This document shows positions 38,731 to 48,355 of a DNA stretch of 64,000 nt, piece by piece. Source of the DNA: Verrucomicrobiota bacterium (GTDB lineage: Bacteria; Verrucomicrobiota; Verrucomicrobiia; Opitutales; Cerasicoccaceae); contig JBCBUK010000003.1 in NCBI GenBank assembly GCA_039818205.1, forward strand, positions 224,001 to 288,000, written 5' to 3'. Under the pieces are notes generated by a model. It was not told where the DNA came from. It searched no databases and saw nothing but the letters and a program-made list of their open reading frames with translations. Numbering within the stretch: position 1 is the stretch's first letter; the number at the start of each line of letters is the position of its first letter. The translations under genes and the position numbers were made by a program.

Positions 38731-39543
38731 GTGATTCCGACCGAACGACTACCAATGGCTGCAGTGGAACCAAAAATACGCGTGGAGCACCTGGACATGG
38801 CGTACGGAAGCTTCACCGTCATGAACGACCTCAATTTTGATGTAAAAAAGGGGGAAGTTTTCATTATCATGGGTGGTTCCGGCTGCGGAAAGAGCACGCT
38901 CCTGAAGCATCTGATCGGTTTGATCGAACCCGCGCGGGGCGAAATCTTCTATGATGGAGACAATTTTACCCAGGCGGATGACGACATCAAAAAGAGCATG
39001 TTGCAGGGCTTTGGTGTGACCTATCAAGGTGGCGCCTTGTGGAGCTCGATGACGCTTGCGGAAAACGTCGGCCTACCACTTGGGGAGTTTACCGACCTCT
39101 CGGCGAAGGAAATTCGTGACGTTGCCAGCTACAAATTGTCTTTGGTTGGACTGCGTGGATTCGAAGACTTTTATCCATCGGAAATCAGTGGTGGAATGTG
39201 CAAGCGGGCAGGGCTGGCTCGTGCGATGGCGCTCGATCCCGATGTATTGTTTTTTGATGAACCATCAGCGGGCTTGGACCCAATTAGCTCTCGCCTCTTG
39301 GATGACTTGATCTTGGAGCTCCGAGATTCGTTGGGTGCGACCTTTGTGGTGGTCACGCATGAACTGGCTTCAATCTTTGCGATTGCTGACCGCGCGATCT
39401 TTCTCGATGCCAAAACTCGCCATCAGTTGGAGGTCGGCAATCCCGTTCAAATGCGCGAGCACAGCGAGTTCGAAACGGTAAGAAATTTCCTCTTAAGGGG
39501 GGAAATGGAAGACGCCGAATCAACGGCTGAGCAAGCGGGATAA
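38731..39543 (+). CDS. mlaF: ABC ATP-binding protein, MlaF/Ttg2A type
   Basis: GGSGCGKST, ISGGMCKRAGLARA, FFDEPSAGLDP and VVTHEL. The start may be ATG 38755. Confidence 0.85.
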   Translation: MIPTERLPMAAVEPKIRVEHLDMAYGSFTVMNDLNFDVKKGEVFIIMGGSGCGKSTLLKHLIGLIEPARGEIFYDGDNFTQADDDIKKSMLQGFGVTYQGGALWSSMTLAENVGLPLGEFTDLSAKEIRDVASYKLSLVGLRGFEDFYPSEISGGMCKRAGLARAMALDPDVLFFDEPSAGLDPISSRLLDDLILELRDSLGATFVVVTHELASIFAIADRAIFLDAKTRHQLEVGNPVQMREHSEFETVRNFLLRGEMEDAESTAEQAG

Positions 39544-39601
39544 TTTTCTGAAAAAACTTTGCCAACCAATCACTGAACCATAGTGTCGCTACCTACTGTC
39601 T

Positions 39602-40615
39602 ATGAGTAAGAAAGCAAACCCAGCAATAATCGGAGCTTTTGTCATTACGGCGACCGTACTGGCAGTTGCAGCAGTTGTCGTCTTTGGTTCAGGCAGTTTC
39701 TTTAAGCAGAAGGCCGATTTCGTCCTCTATTTCGAGGACTCCGTAAATGGTTTGGCGCCCGGCGCTCCCGTGAAGTTTAAGGGAGTTCCAATTGGGCAGG
39801 TTAAAGATATTCTCATTCGCTTTAACCAGGCAGAGGAGTCGACAGCCGTGCCCGTGATTATTGAGATTGATTTGTCGCGGCTGCGTACGACCCTTGGCGT
39901 AGATGTCGATCTGCAAGACCATGAAATTTTACGAGCGCAGATTAATGATGGGCTTCGAGCGACCCTGCAGCAGGCGAGTTTCGTAACGGGCCTCTTGTTT
40001 GTGGAGCTTAATTACGTCCCTGGTGCTCCAGAACCACATTTCCATCAAACACCTGCGGATGGTGCAGACCAGTTATCGTATCCTGAGATTCCGACGCTTC
40101 AGTCGGGCCTTACTGAGGTCATCAAGAAGGTCTCGAAAATGGTCAATCAGATTGCCCAGATCGATTTTGCCTCCATGGGCCGCAAATTGAACGACATGCT
40201 CGATAAGCTGGACAAGGGTGTTGGGCAGATAAACTTTAAAGAGATCAATGACGAAACCGTAGGTGCTCTTCGGGCATTTCGTGAATTGGCTGAGAACCAA
40301 GATCTGAAGGATGCATTTGCCAACCTTGATAAGACCCTCACGGACCTCCAGGGCTTGATTGGAAACTTAGACAGCGATATGGGCAAGCTTGTGACGGACC
40401 TTCAGGGTACTCTGTCTAAGGCCCGCGATACTCTTGATAGTATCGAGGGCTTGGCTGACAATGCCAATGGCATGGTTGCGCCCGATTCTCCTTTGCGCTA
40501 CGAGTTAACCAATGCTTTGTCTGAGTTTGCGGGTGCTTCGCGTTCCCTGCGCGTTTTAGCCGATTACCTGGAGCGCAATCCTGACGCGCTGTTAACCGGC
40601 AAGCAGAAAGAGTGA
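39602..40615 (+). CDS. MlaD/MCE-domain protein (PqiB C-terminal-like)
   Basis: SVNGLAPGAPVKFKGVPIGQV MCE motif, a long helical region and SLRVLADYLERNPDALL. Confidence 0.88.
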   Translation: MSKKANPAIIGAFVITATVLAVAAVVVFGSGSFFKQKADFVLYFEDSVNGLAPGAPVKFKGVPIGQVKDILIRFNQAEESTAVPVIIEIDLSRLRTTLGVDVDLQDHEILRAQINDGLRATLQQASFVTGLLFVELNYVPGAPEPHFHQTPADGADQLSYPEIPTLQSGLTEVIKKVSKMVNQIAQIDFASMGRKLNDMLDKLDKGVGQINFKEINDETVGALRAFRELAENQDLKDAFANLDKTLTDLQGLIGNLDSDMGKLVTDLQGTLSKARDTLDSIEGLADNANGMVAPDSPLRYELTNALSEFAGASRSLRVLADYLERNPDALLTGKQKE

Positions 40616-41310
40616 TCATGAAATTGTCTTTCACACAAATTTTGACGTCCTCGCTCGTAGCCAGCTTGCTGGTCTTGTCGGGCTGCAGTATTGGTCAGAA
40701 GTCAAGTCCTTCGATCTTCTATGTTTTGACTCCGATGCCAGCGGATACCAATCCGCTGCCCGAGTTTAATGATGACCCACCCAATGTTGGTGTTTCGCGG
40801 GTTCAAATTCCGTCTTTTATCGATCGTCCGCAGCTGACATACCGGCTCAATAAGAATGAAATCAACTTCAGCGAGTTCCACCGCTGGGGTGAGCCTATTG
40901 GCGATGGGGTAACCCGCGTTCTGCGCCAGAATCTCACAGAGCTCCTGGGGGCGGGAAAAGTGTCGGCGTTCCCTTGGATGCAGCCTTACCCGCGAGACTT
41001 TGTTTTTGGAGCAGTGGTGACTGATTTCGCCGCAGGATCAGATGGGCGCGCACGGTTGACGGTTATTTACCGCATTTCTGATGCGAAAAACGAAAAGACC
41101 CTTTTGGTCCGCGAGGCGCAGTTTGTGGATTCTGATGGCGAGGCACTTGCTCCGGCGAATGCAGTTGCCGCAATGAGTCGTTTGCTTGAGCAGTTTTCTA
41201 AGTCCGCGGCGCAAGATTTAGCCAACGTCAACCGACAGCTAGACGTTGAAGCACTGGAAAATCTCGAGGACAGCTTGGCCGAGCAGGAAGAAGAATACGT
41301 GGACCAGTAG
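40612..41310 (+). CDS. PqiC/ABC-auxiliary lipoprotein
   Basis: Lipobox LSGC, FYVL, IPSFIDRPQL and HRWGEP. Confidence 0.85.
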   Translation: MIMKLSFTQILTSSLVASLLVLSGCSIGQKSSPSIFYVLTPMPADTNPLPEFNDDPPNVGVSRVQIPSFIDRPQLTYRLNKNEINFSEFHRWGEPIGDGVTRVLRQNLTELLGAGKVSAFPWMQPYPRDFVFGAVVTDFAAGSDGRARLTVIYRISDAKNEKTLLVREAQFVDSDGEALAPANAVAAMSRLLEQFSKSAAQDLANVNRQLDVEALENLEDSLAEQEEEYVDQ

Positions 41311-41353
41311 GTCAGTCGCCCGTAGCTCTCGGACATCTGACGGCGATCCGCTT

Positions 41354-42133
41354 CTAGTCGGTTTCGACGGTAATCGATATTGGGCAATGGTCGCTCCCCA
41401 TCACCTCGCTAAGGATTTTTGCTTCCTTGATTTTCGGTAGGAGGCGCTCTGAGACGATGAAGTAGTCGATGCGCCAGCCGACATTTCGGCCGCGAGCGCC
41501 ACCACGGTAGCTCCACCAAGTGTAGTGGTCGGGAGCGTCCGGGAAAAAGTGCCGGAAAGTGTCAACAAACCCTGCATCAAGGTGTTTGCCAAACTCAACC
41601 CGCTCTTCGTCGGTAAAGCCAGCGGACTTTCGATTGGCTTTAGGGCGGGCGATATCGATTTCTTCGTGCGCGACATTGAAGTCCCCACATGCGATGACCG
41701 GTTTCTTTTGATCGAGGCGGGTCAAGTAATCCCGGAAATCGGGGTCAAAATGCGTGGTCCGGTAGTCAAGCCGCCGCAATCCGTCCTGCGAATTCGGAAC
41801 GTAGACGTTCACCAAATAGAAGTCACTAAATTCCGTGGTGAGGATGCGGCCTTCTTGGGGATGGGAATCATTGCCCTCGATTTCGACGAGCGTTGTCTCC
41901 GCCTCAAGCAGAGAGAGCGTGGCAGTTCCCGAGTAGCCTGCCTTGTCCGCGCTGTGGAAGTAGCGATGCGGAAACGGTAGCTCGAGTTCTGGTACCTGGT
42001 CAGCTCGTGCTTTGATTTCCTGCAGGCAGATGATGTCGGGCTTTTGGGCAGACAGAAAGTCTCCGAAGCCTTTTTTGAGAACGGCTCTCAGCCCGTTTAC
42101 GTTCCAAGAGATTATTTCGATAGTCGATGGCAT
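41354..42133 (-). CDS. xth: exodeoxyribonuclease III
   Basis: SWNVNGLRA, LQEIK, GDFNVAH, YTWWSYR, GWRIDY and SDHCP. Confidence 0.96.
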   Translation of the reverse strand: MPSTIEIISWNVNGLRAVLKKGFGDFLSAQKPDIICLQEIKARADQVPELELPFPHRYFHSADKAGYSGTATLSLLEAETTLVEIEGNDSHPQEGRILTTEFSDFYLVNVYVPNSQDGLRRLDYRTTHFDPDFRDYLTRLDQKKPVIACGDFNVAHEEIDIARPKANRKSAGFTDEERVEFGKHLDAGFVDTFRHFFPDAPDHYTWWSYRGGARGRNVGWRIDYFIVSERLLPKIKEAKILSEVMGSDHCPISITVETD

Positions 42134-42283
42134 TGGGAGAACGGTTGTCTGATTAGGGGTCTAAAAAGGGACTTGTTTGGGCTGATCTGGATTCGCTTTC
42201 AGAACGAATGGTTGTCAAATATGAATTTTATTCATAATTGAAATGACTTTTAATCACTGTCTCAAATGGATCAAATTTCAAAT

Positions 42284-42300
42284 TTGGCATAGTGAACGCT
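42284..42300 (+). promoter_or_regulatory. possible sigma54 (-24/-12) promoter
   Basis: TTGGCATAGTGAACGCT has GG-N10-GC spacing but a degenerate -12. An upstream palindrome TATGAAT-TTT-ATTCATA lies at 42220-42236. Confidence 0.4.
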
Positions 42301-42365
42301 AATTGTGTGAGTCAGATTCATATCTAAATCAACTCACTCTACACCATAGCAAGCTAACAAATTAA

Positions 42366-43700
42366 ATGACTAAGCATAAGACCATTATTACAGCTCTGTC
42401 CATGATCGGAGCTGCGTCAATCGCGGGAGGCGCCTTTTTTGATATTGGCGAAGCTCCTCCGAAGTGGGAAAACGCGAAACCCAATACCGAGCTCGGAAAA
42501 GACATCCTCGGCATTGCGGGCGAACCAGCACTACAGGGCCGATTGATCTACAATCAGCGCCTTCGCTACGAGTTTGCTGATCAGCAGAACTTGGAGCAGG
42601 CCAATGCGTTCACACTGCGGACTCGTATCGGCTATGAGACGCCAAAGCTCTATGGTATGTATTTCCTCGGTGAATTTGAAAACACCTGGGCAATCAACTA
42701 TCAGGACTACCGCGCATTTCCACAGCCTCAGTTCCCAGCGGCAAAGACGGTTATTGCCGATCCTCGAAACAACCAGCTGAACCAGTTGTTCTTCGGTTTC
42801 AAGGCCTACAACAGCGAATTCAAGGCTGGTCGCCAAGGTATCAACCTGGACAACCAACGTTTTGTTGGAACGGTTGCCTGGAGACAGAACGACCAAACCT
42901 ATGATGCGATTCGCTTTACCACGAAGATTATCACTGACGTTTGGCTTTCCTATGTCTGGGACTGGCAAGTCAACCGGATCTTCGGTGAATATGCGACTGT
43001 TCCAAATCAGCGCCGTTTCAATTCGAATAACCACTTCGTTAACCTCCATTACACGGGCATTCCTTGGGGCACCGCCGGCGCTTACTTCTACTACGTCGAT
43101 CTGGACGGCGCCGCTGCGACTTCGGGATCTACCGCTGGTCTCTTCTTCAACGGTAAAGTTCCTTTGGCAGAAGACTGGTCTCTCCCATTTCGCGCTGAGT
43201 ATGCGTTCCAGACTAACAATCCTGGCACCTCTGGTGGACCAAATAACGACTTCTTCCTCAACTATATTCATGCGAAGTTGGGTGTAAACTACACCGGCAA
43301 GTATGAGATTGGTTTCGGCTTCGAAAGCCTTGGTGGAAATAACACCCGTGCGTTCCAGACTCCACTGGCAACTCTGCACAAGTTCAATGGTTGGAATGAC
43401 GTGTTCTTGTTCACACCAGTTACCGCAACTGGCAGCGGTCTTCAGGACTACTACGTCTACTTCAAGGCTGGATTGCCGTGGAAGATTGGTTTCTTCGGTG
43501 CCTATCACTACTTCACTGCGGAGAACACCAGCCGCACCTATGGTCAAGAAATTGACGTTGGCTTGAAGCGTGCGATCACCGAGAACGTCAGTGTTTTGAC
43601 CAAGTTCGGCTACTACGATGGCCACGGCGGCGCTGCAGCAGCTGGTGGTCTTGGTTTCGACCGCACCAAGTTCTGGGTTCAAGTAGACTTTAAACTCTAA
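42366..43700 (+). CDS. alginate-export (AlgE-like) family outer-membrane beta-barrel
   Basis: Signal peptide, RLRYE, KAGRQGINLDNQRFVGTVAWRQNDQTYD, FQTPLATLHKFNGWNDVFL and C-terminal KFWVQVDFKL. Confidence 0.85.
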   Translation: MTKHKTIITALSMIGAASIAGGAFFDIGEAPPKWENAKPNTELGKDILGIAGEPALQGRLIYNQRLRYEFADQQNLEQANAFTLRTRIGYETPKLYGMYFLGEFENTWAINYQDYRAFPQPQFPAAKTVIADPRNNQLNQLFFGFKAYNSEFKAGRQGINLDNQRFVGTVAWRQNDQTYDAIRFTTKIITDVWLSYVWDWQVNRIFGEYATVPNQRRFNSNNHFVNLHYTGIPWGTAGAYFYYVDLDGAAATSGSTAGLFFNGKVPLAEDWSLPFRAEYAFQTNNPGTSGGPNNDFFLNYIHAKLGVNYTGKYEIGFGFESLGGNNTRAFQTPLATLHKFNGWNDVFLFTPVTATGSGLQDYYVYFKAGLPWKIGFFGAYHYFTAENTSRTYGQEIDVGLKRAITENVSVLTKFGYYDGHGGAAAAGGLGFDRTKFWVQVDFKL

Positions 43701-43723
43701 GCGTTAGGTTTGTATCGGTTAAT

Positions 43724-43761
43724 AAAGCTGTCGGAGCGTCATGCTTCGGCAGCTTTTTTTT
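43724..43761 (+). terminator. intrinsic terminator
   Basis: AAAGCTGTCGGAGC-GTCAT-GCTTCGGCAGCTTT followed by a T-tract. Confidence 0.8.
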
Positions 43762-43801
43762 CTGGAGTTGCGGTGAGCATGTTTCGCCATACTGTGGGAA
43801 C

Positions 43802-44302
43802 ATGGAAGAAGTGAAACCAATTGAGATCCTCCGCCTTTGGACCTCAACCGGTCATGATTTTAAGGGACGACACGGGCTCGGGCGAATGGAGCATGGCGTT
43901 GCCGAACAGAAAATTATCGAGTGTCATGCCGGAAAAGGGGTCGTTGGCGATCGCTTTTACGACTACAAGCCCGACTTCAAAGGCCAGATTACCTTTTTTG
44001 ACGATTCCGTTGCTGACGAGCTTCAGCAGTCCTTGAATGTCGCTGACTTGGATCCTTCGGCATTCCGACGCAATGTCCTAGTTCGGGGCGTCGATCTGAA
44101 TGAGCTGATTGGAAAAACCTTTTACCTCGACGGGATTGGATTCGCGGGTTCCGAAGAATGCTCGCCGTGTTATTGGATGGACGAGGCAGTCGCGCCAGGT
44201 GCATTTGAGTGGTTAAAGGGACGTGGTGGATTGCGCTGTCGAATTTTGACCTCGGGGCAATTGTCGATAGGCTCATCCATGCTCAATATTAGCCATGAAT
44301 GA
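43802..44302 (+). CDS. MOSC domain protein
   Basis: GVVGDRF, QITFF, FRRNVLV, CSPCYWM and GRGGLRCRI. Confidence 0.88.
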   Translation: MEEVKPIEILRLWTSTGHDFKGRHGLGRMEHGVAEQKIIECHAGKGVVGDRFYDYKPDFKGQITFFDDSVADELQQSLNVADLDPSAFRRNVLVRGVDLNELIGKTFYLDGIGFAGSEECSPCYWMDEAVAPGAFEWLKGRGGLRCRILTSGQLSIGSSMLNISHE

Positions 44303-45497
44303 TTTGATCAGCGTCGGTGAAGCGGATTCACGTCTGCAAAGTCACAATGTAGCAAGCCCACTGATTCTTTGCCCGTTGTCGAAAGCAGCCGGGCGAATCG
44401 CGGGAGAGGATATTTTGGCAGATCGTCCATTGCCACCGTTTGACCGTGTTATGATGGATGGCTATGCCTTGCGATTCGAAAGCGTCGAAAAGGGCCAGGC
44501 AGAGCTCGAAGTTGTTGCTCAGGCATTGGCGGGAGAGCCCGCGTCGACCTTGCCGGATGGCGTGGGAAACGCTGTTGAAGTGATGACTGGAGCTCCGTTG
44601 CCAATTGGTGCGGATACGGTTGTTCCTTACGAGGTGACTCAGCGTGATGGTAGCCGCTGTTCATTGCTTGATCTCGCTGACATCGAGCGCGGGCAGTATA
44701 TACACCCGCTCGGTTCCGATTTTCCTAACCAAAGCATTTTGGTTGAAGCTGATAAGGTATTGGGGCCGGTGGAAATGGGTATTGCCGCCTCCTGCGGCTA
44801 TTCCGAAATCTTGGTCCGTGCGCATCCGCGGATAGCCGTCGCGAGTACGGGCGATGAGTTAGTGCCGATTGGAGATACGCCGCTGGTCCATCAGATTCGC
44901 GCTTCCAATGCGACGGCCATCGAATCTGCACTGGGTTTGAGTGGTTTCAATGTCGGGTCGATCGTCCATTGGGATGACGATGCCGAGATGGGGGCGACCC
45001 AGCTCCGCGAAACCTTGAACGTTTGCGAGATCTTGATCATTGCTGGCGCGGTTTCCAAGGGAGTCCGTGACTGGGTCCCCGGGGCGCTCGATACGCTGGC
45101 TAAACCGGTGTTTCACGGGGTGAAACAGCGGCCAGGCAAGCCGATGGGCTTTTGGGTGACCGACGATGATAAAGCGATTTTCGCACTTCCAGGTAATCCG
45201 GTATCGGCCCTGGTTGGGGCGCATCGCTACGTGATTCCCTATCTAGAGGCTCGTGAGCAGCGACGCTCGGGCGGGTGTCGAACGGTTACGCTTGCGGAAG
45301 GGGTTTCATTTGAGCCGCCGCTGACATGGTTCCTTCCCGTTGTCCTCCAGAGCGATGGTTCAGCCTTGCCGCTCCCAGTCAGGAATTCCGGCGATTATGC
45401 GCGTCTGCACGGATCGGACGGATTTATCGAATTACCCGCCGAGGATTCAGCGTGGACACCGGGGACTGAGGCAGCATTTTATCCATGGTCAGTATGA
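44295..45497 (+). CDS. moeA: molybdopterin molybdotransferase
   Basis: PPFDRVMMDGYA, MTGAPLP, STGDEL, QRPGKP and LPGNPVS. Confidence 0.95.
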   Translation: MNDLISVGEADSRLQSHNVASPLILCPLSKAAGRIAGEDILADRPLPPFDRVMMDGYALRFESVEKGQAELEVVAQALAGEPASTLPDGVGNAVEVMTGAPLPIGADTVVPYEVTQRDGSRCSLLDLADIERGQYIHPLGSDFPNQSILVEADKVLGPVEMGIAASCGYSEILVRAHPRIAVASTGDELVPIGDTPLVHQIRASNATAIESALGLSGFNVGSIVHWDDDAEMGATQLRETLNVCEILIIAGAVSKGVRDWVPGALDTLAKPVFHGVKQRPGKPMGFWVTDDDKAIFALPGNPVSALVGAHRYVIPYLEAREQRRSGGCRTVTLAEGVSFEPPLTWFLPVVLQSDGSALPLPVRNSGDYARLHGSDGFIELPAEDSAWTPGTEAAFYPWSV

Positions 45498-45982
45498 GTG
45501 ACTCTTTAACCCATTTTGATGAAACCGCGAAACCGCGGATGGTTGACGTTTCGGAAAAAGCCATTACCAAGCGGGAAGCCGTTGCGGAGGCGCTAGTCTC
45601 ATTTTCCGAGGAGGCCTGGAAGACGCTGGCAGAAAGCGGCTTCACGACCAAGAAGGGATCCCTTTTTGACGTGGCTATCGTGGCTGGGACCATGGGTGTT
45701 AAGCAGACCAGCCTCTTGATCCCGTTCTGTCATCCGTTGGTCATCGATGGCTGCAAATTTGAAGTCACTCCAGTTCACGAGGATCGGATGATCCGTATTC
45801 GCTGTCGGGTGAAAATAACCGCGAAGACGGGGGTTGAGATGGAGGCCTTAACCGGTGCCTCTGCCGCCGCACTAACGATCTATGACATGACCAAAGCGCT
45901 TGGCCACGGCATTGAGATAGTGAGTACTCGTTTGATTTCTAAGACCGGTGGCAAGGAGGACTATTTCGCAAACGATGTCTGA
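45494..45982 (+). CDS. moaC: cyclic pyranopterin monophosphate synthase
   Basis: MVDVSEK, LIPFCHP, TGVEMEAL, YDMTKA and KTGGK. Confidence 0.96.
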   Translation: MSDSLTHFDETAKPRMVDVSEKAITKREAVAEALVSFSEEAWKTLAESGFTTKKGSLFDVAIVAGTMGVKQTSLLIPFCHPLVIDGCKFEVTPVHEDRMIRIRCRVKITAKTGVEMEALTGASAAALTIYDMTKALGHGIEIVSTRLISKTGGKEDYFANDV

Positions 45983-46604
45983 GATGGATCCAACACCACC
46001 ACCAATTCTTGGCTTGGTACTTGCCGGAGGGCGTAGTCGCCGGATGGGGCAGGACAAGGCCGCCCTGCGCTGGGGGGCGGATGGAGTTCCTCTTTGGCGG
46101 CGCCAGATAGAGTTGTTGCGGTCTTGCGATCTGCCGGTTGCCGTTTCGATTCGGCAGGGGCAGGAGTTGGAGGACGCAGCGAATGTCGAGTGCATTGCCG
46201 ATGCGGTCGACGATGCTGGGCCTCTGTCGGGATTTCTCAGTGCCTGGAAGCGTTATCCGGAACACGCCTTGTTGGTCGTGGCCTGCGATCTGCCACTCTT
46301 GGATCATGCGACCGTTCAATATCTCTTGGATCATCGAGATCCGAATCGAGTGGGCACCGCCTACGAGAGCGCCAATGATCACCTGCCTGAGCCACTCTGT
46401 GCGCTTTGGGAGCCGGCGTCGAGGGCGTTGCTCGAGCAGAGCATCGCGTCGGATCGCTATTGCCCGCGCAAGGTACTAATCAATGCCGAGGATGATGTAC
46501 TGCTGCTCAGTTTGCCCAACCGCAATGCGTTGGAAAATGCCAACACACCGGAGGAGTTGTCCCGCTTGAAAGAAATGATTGGAGAATCGGAGGTTAGCTC
46601 GTGA
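45975..46604 (+). CDS. mobA: molybdenum cofactor guanylyltransferase
   Basis: LAGGRSRRMGQDKA, GPLSG, VACDLP, EPLCALW and NANTPEE. Confidence 0.93.
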   Translation: MSEMDPTPPPILGLVLAGGRSRRMGQDKAALRWGADGVPLWRRQIELLRSCDLPVAVSIRQGQELEDAANVECIADAVDDAGPLSGFLSAWKRYPEHALLVVACDLPLLDHATVQYLLDHRDPNRVGTAYESANDHLPEPLCALWEPASRALLEQSIASDRYCPRKVLINAEDDVLLLSLPNRNALENANTPEELSRLKEMIGESEVSS

Positions 46605-46843
46605 AACAAATAAAGCTTTTATATTTTGCGCAATTGGGGGCCCAGGCTGGAAACGCTGAGGAATCCCTCTCAACCGAGCTGGACAGCCTCGAGGCACTGT
46701 TCGATGACCGGAAGACCGCGCATGGCTGGGATCTTTCAGTGAAAAATATTCGGTTTGCGCGCAATGATGACTTCTGTTCTGCGTCTGATAGGTTTCACGA
46801 CGGAGATGTCATTGCTTTCATGCCACCCATGTCTGGAGGTTAG
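46601..46843 (+). CDS. moaD: molybdopterin synthase sulfur carrier
   Basis: LLYFAQL and C-terminal PPMSGG. Confidence 0.93.
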   Translation: MKQIKLLYFAQLGAQAGNAEESLSTELDSLEALFDDRKTAHGWDLSVKNIRFARNDDFCSASDRFHDGDVIAFMPPMSGG

Positions 46844-46847
46844 TGAG

Positions 46848-47306
46848 ATGTTTTTTTTGACCAATAGTTCGATTGAGACCGGACCGCTGCGCAACGAGTT
46901 GTTGCGCTTGGACGCTGGCGGCTATTGCAGCTTTGAAGGCTGGGTGCGGAATCACCACTTGGGGCGAGACGTAGAACGTTTGGAGTATCAAGCCTACGAG
47001 CGGCTGGCTTTGAAACAGGGACAAGCCGTACTGGCCGATGCCTGTTCGCGTTTCGATTTATTGGGTGCGCGCGCAATTCATCGGACGGGCTGTCTCTATC
47101 CGGGAGATATGGCTGTGTGGGTTGGCGTGTGTAGCGTGCACCGTAGTGAAGCCTTTGAAGCCTGCCGTTTTATCATCGATGATATAAAAGCTACGGTTCC
47201 GATTTGGAAGCACGAGTTTTACGGCGACGGAACGGATGAGTGGGTCGACCCAACTGCCTGTCACTGTGACCATCGGCACATTAGCAACGAAGCAACCCAC
47301 ACGTGA
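46848..47306 (+). CDS. moaE: molybdopterin synthase catalytic subunit
   Basis: FEGWVRNH, LEYQAY, HRSEAFEAC and PIWKHE. Confidence 0.94.
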   Translation: MFFLTNSSIETGPLRNELLRLDAGGYCSFEGWVRNHHLGRDVERLEYQAYERLALKQGQAVLADACSRFDLLGARAIHRTGCLYPGDMAVWVGVCSVHRSEAFEACRFIIDDIKATVPIWKHEFYGDGTDEWVDPTACHCDHRHISNEATHT

Positions 47307-48349
47307 TATCGCCGGAACCCAGTTCGAATGCCAGCACGGCCTCTGCGCCGGCGGATCGGCGTGGACGCCATCTGCGGGATCTCCGGATTTCGTTGATTGA
47401 TCGCTGCAATCTCCGTTGCCAGTATTGTTTGCCGGCTGAATTGTTTGGGGAGAATTTCCGATTCCTGCCGAAGGATCAGCTGCTCTCCTTTGACGAGATT
47501 GTTCGGATTGTGGATGCTTTTCTAGTGCTGGGTGTCGAGAAAATTCGTTTGACCGGTGGTGAGCCATTGTTGCGCCCGGGAATCGTCGAATTGGTTGAGC
47601 GCATTCGTGCTTTGGATTCCAAAGTAGATTTGGCGTTAACCACCAATGCCCTGAAATTGGCCCCCTTGGCGGGGCAGCTGAAGGCGGCGGGCCTGGATCG
47701 AGTGAATGTTAGCTTGGATGCTTTGGATTACAAAGTCGCGGCTGAGATGGCAGGTCGCAGTCATGATCCTCAGCGGGTGTTGGATGCCGTTGCTTCCGCG
47801 GAGTCTGCTGGACTAGGCGTGAAGCTAAACGCCGTCATTAAGCGTGGTGTCAATGATACGGAGATTCTGCCACTGGCCCGTAAGTGCAAGGAGCGCGGTT
47901 GGAGCCTGCGCTTTATTGAATACATGGATGTTGGTGCGAGTAATGGTTGGCGCCGCGAGGATGTGGTGACAGGAGCCGAGATGCGCGAGCAGTTGTCGGT
48001 GCTCGGAAAGCTGACGCCGGTTCCGGCCAAAGTTTTCGGTGAAGTCGCCCGTCGTTATCGATATGAAGACGACGGCGTCGAGGTCGGCTTTATCGAGTCG
48101 ATTAGTGCTCCGTTCTGTGGCAGTTGCACCCGCGCTCGGGTATCGGCAACGGGCGATCTCTTCACTTGTTTGTTTGCCCATCGCGGACGACCCCTCAAGC
48201 CCCTGTTAGATGCAGGTGAGGAGCTTGTGCCAGCGTTGGCGAAGCTGTGGTCACATCGGGACGACCGCTATTCGGAGACGCGAATCGTCCATTCGCATGC
48301 TGCCTCGCCGCAAGAGGCTCCAGAGGAGATGTGGCGTCTGGGAGGCTAG
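47303..48349 (+). CDS. moaA: GTP 3',8-cyclase
   Basis: CNLRCQYC, RLTGGEP, RFIEYM, FCGSCTRAR and C-terminal GG. Confidence 0.96.
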   Translation: MISPEPSSNASTASAPADRRGRHLRDLRISLIDRCNLRCQYCLPAELFGENFRFLPKDQLLSFDEIVRIVDAFLVLGVEKIRLTGGEPLLRPGIVELVERIRALDSKVDLALTTNALKLAPLAGQLKAAGLDRVNVSLDALDYKVAAEMAGRSHDPQRVLDAVASAESAGLGVKLNAVIKRGVNDTEILPLARKCKERGWSLRFIEYMDVGASNGWRREDVVTGAEMREQLSVLGKLTPVPAKVFGEVARRYRYEDDGVEVGFIESISAPFCGSCTRARVSATGDLFTCLFAHRGRPLKPLLDAGEELVPALAKLWSHRDDRYSETRIVHSHAASPQEAPEEMWRLGG

Positions 48350-48355
48350 GGGACC

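Noticed and set aside
42531..43682. 383-aa antisense ORF
   Set aside because: It is a shadow of the codon-biased porin gene on the opposite strand, with no recognisable motifs.
46601..46843. MoaD as a sulfur donor for YcaO thioamidation
   Set aside because: It is fully explained by the Moco operon, and there is no TfuA or ThiS gene next to the YcaO.
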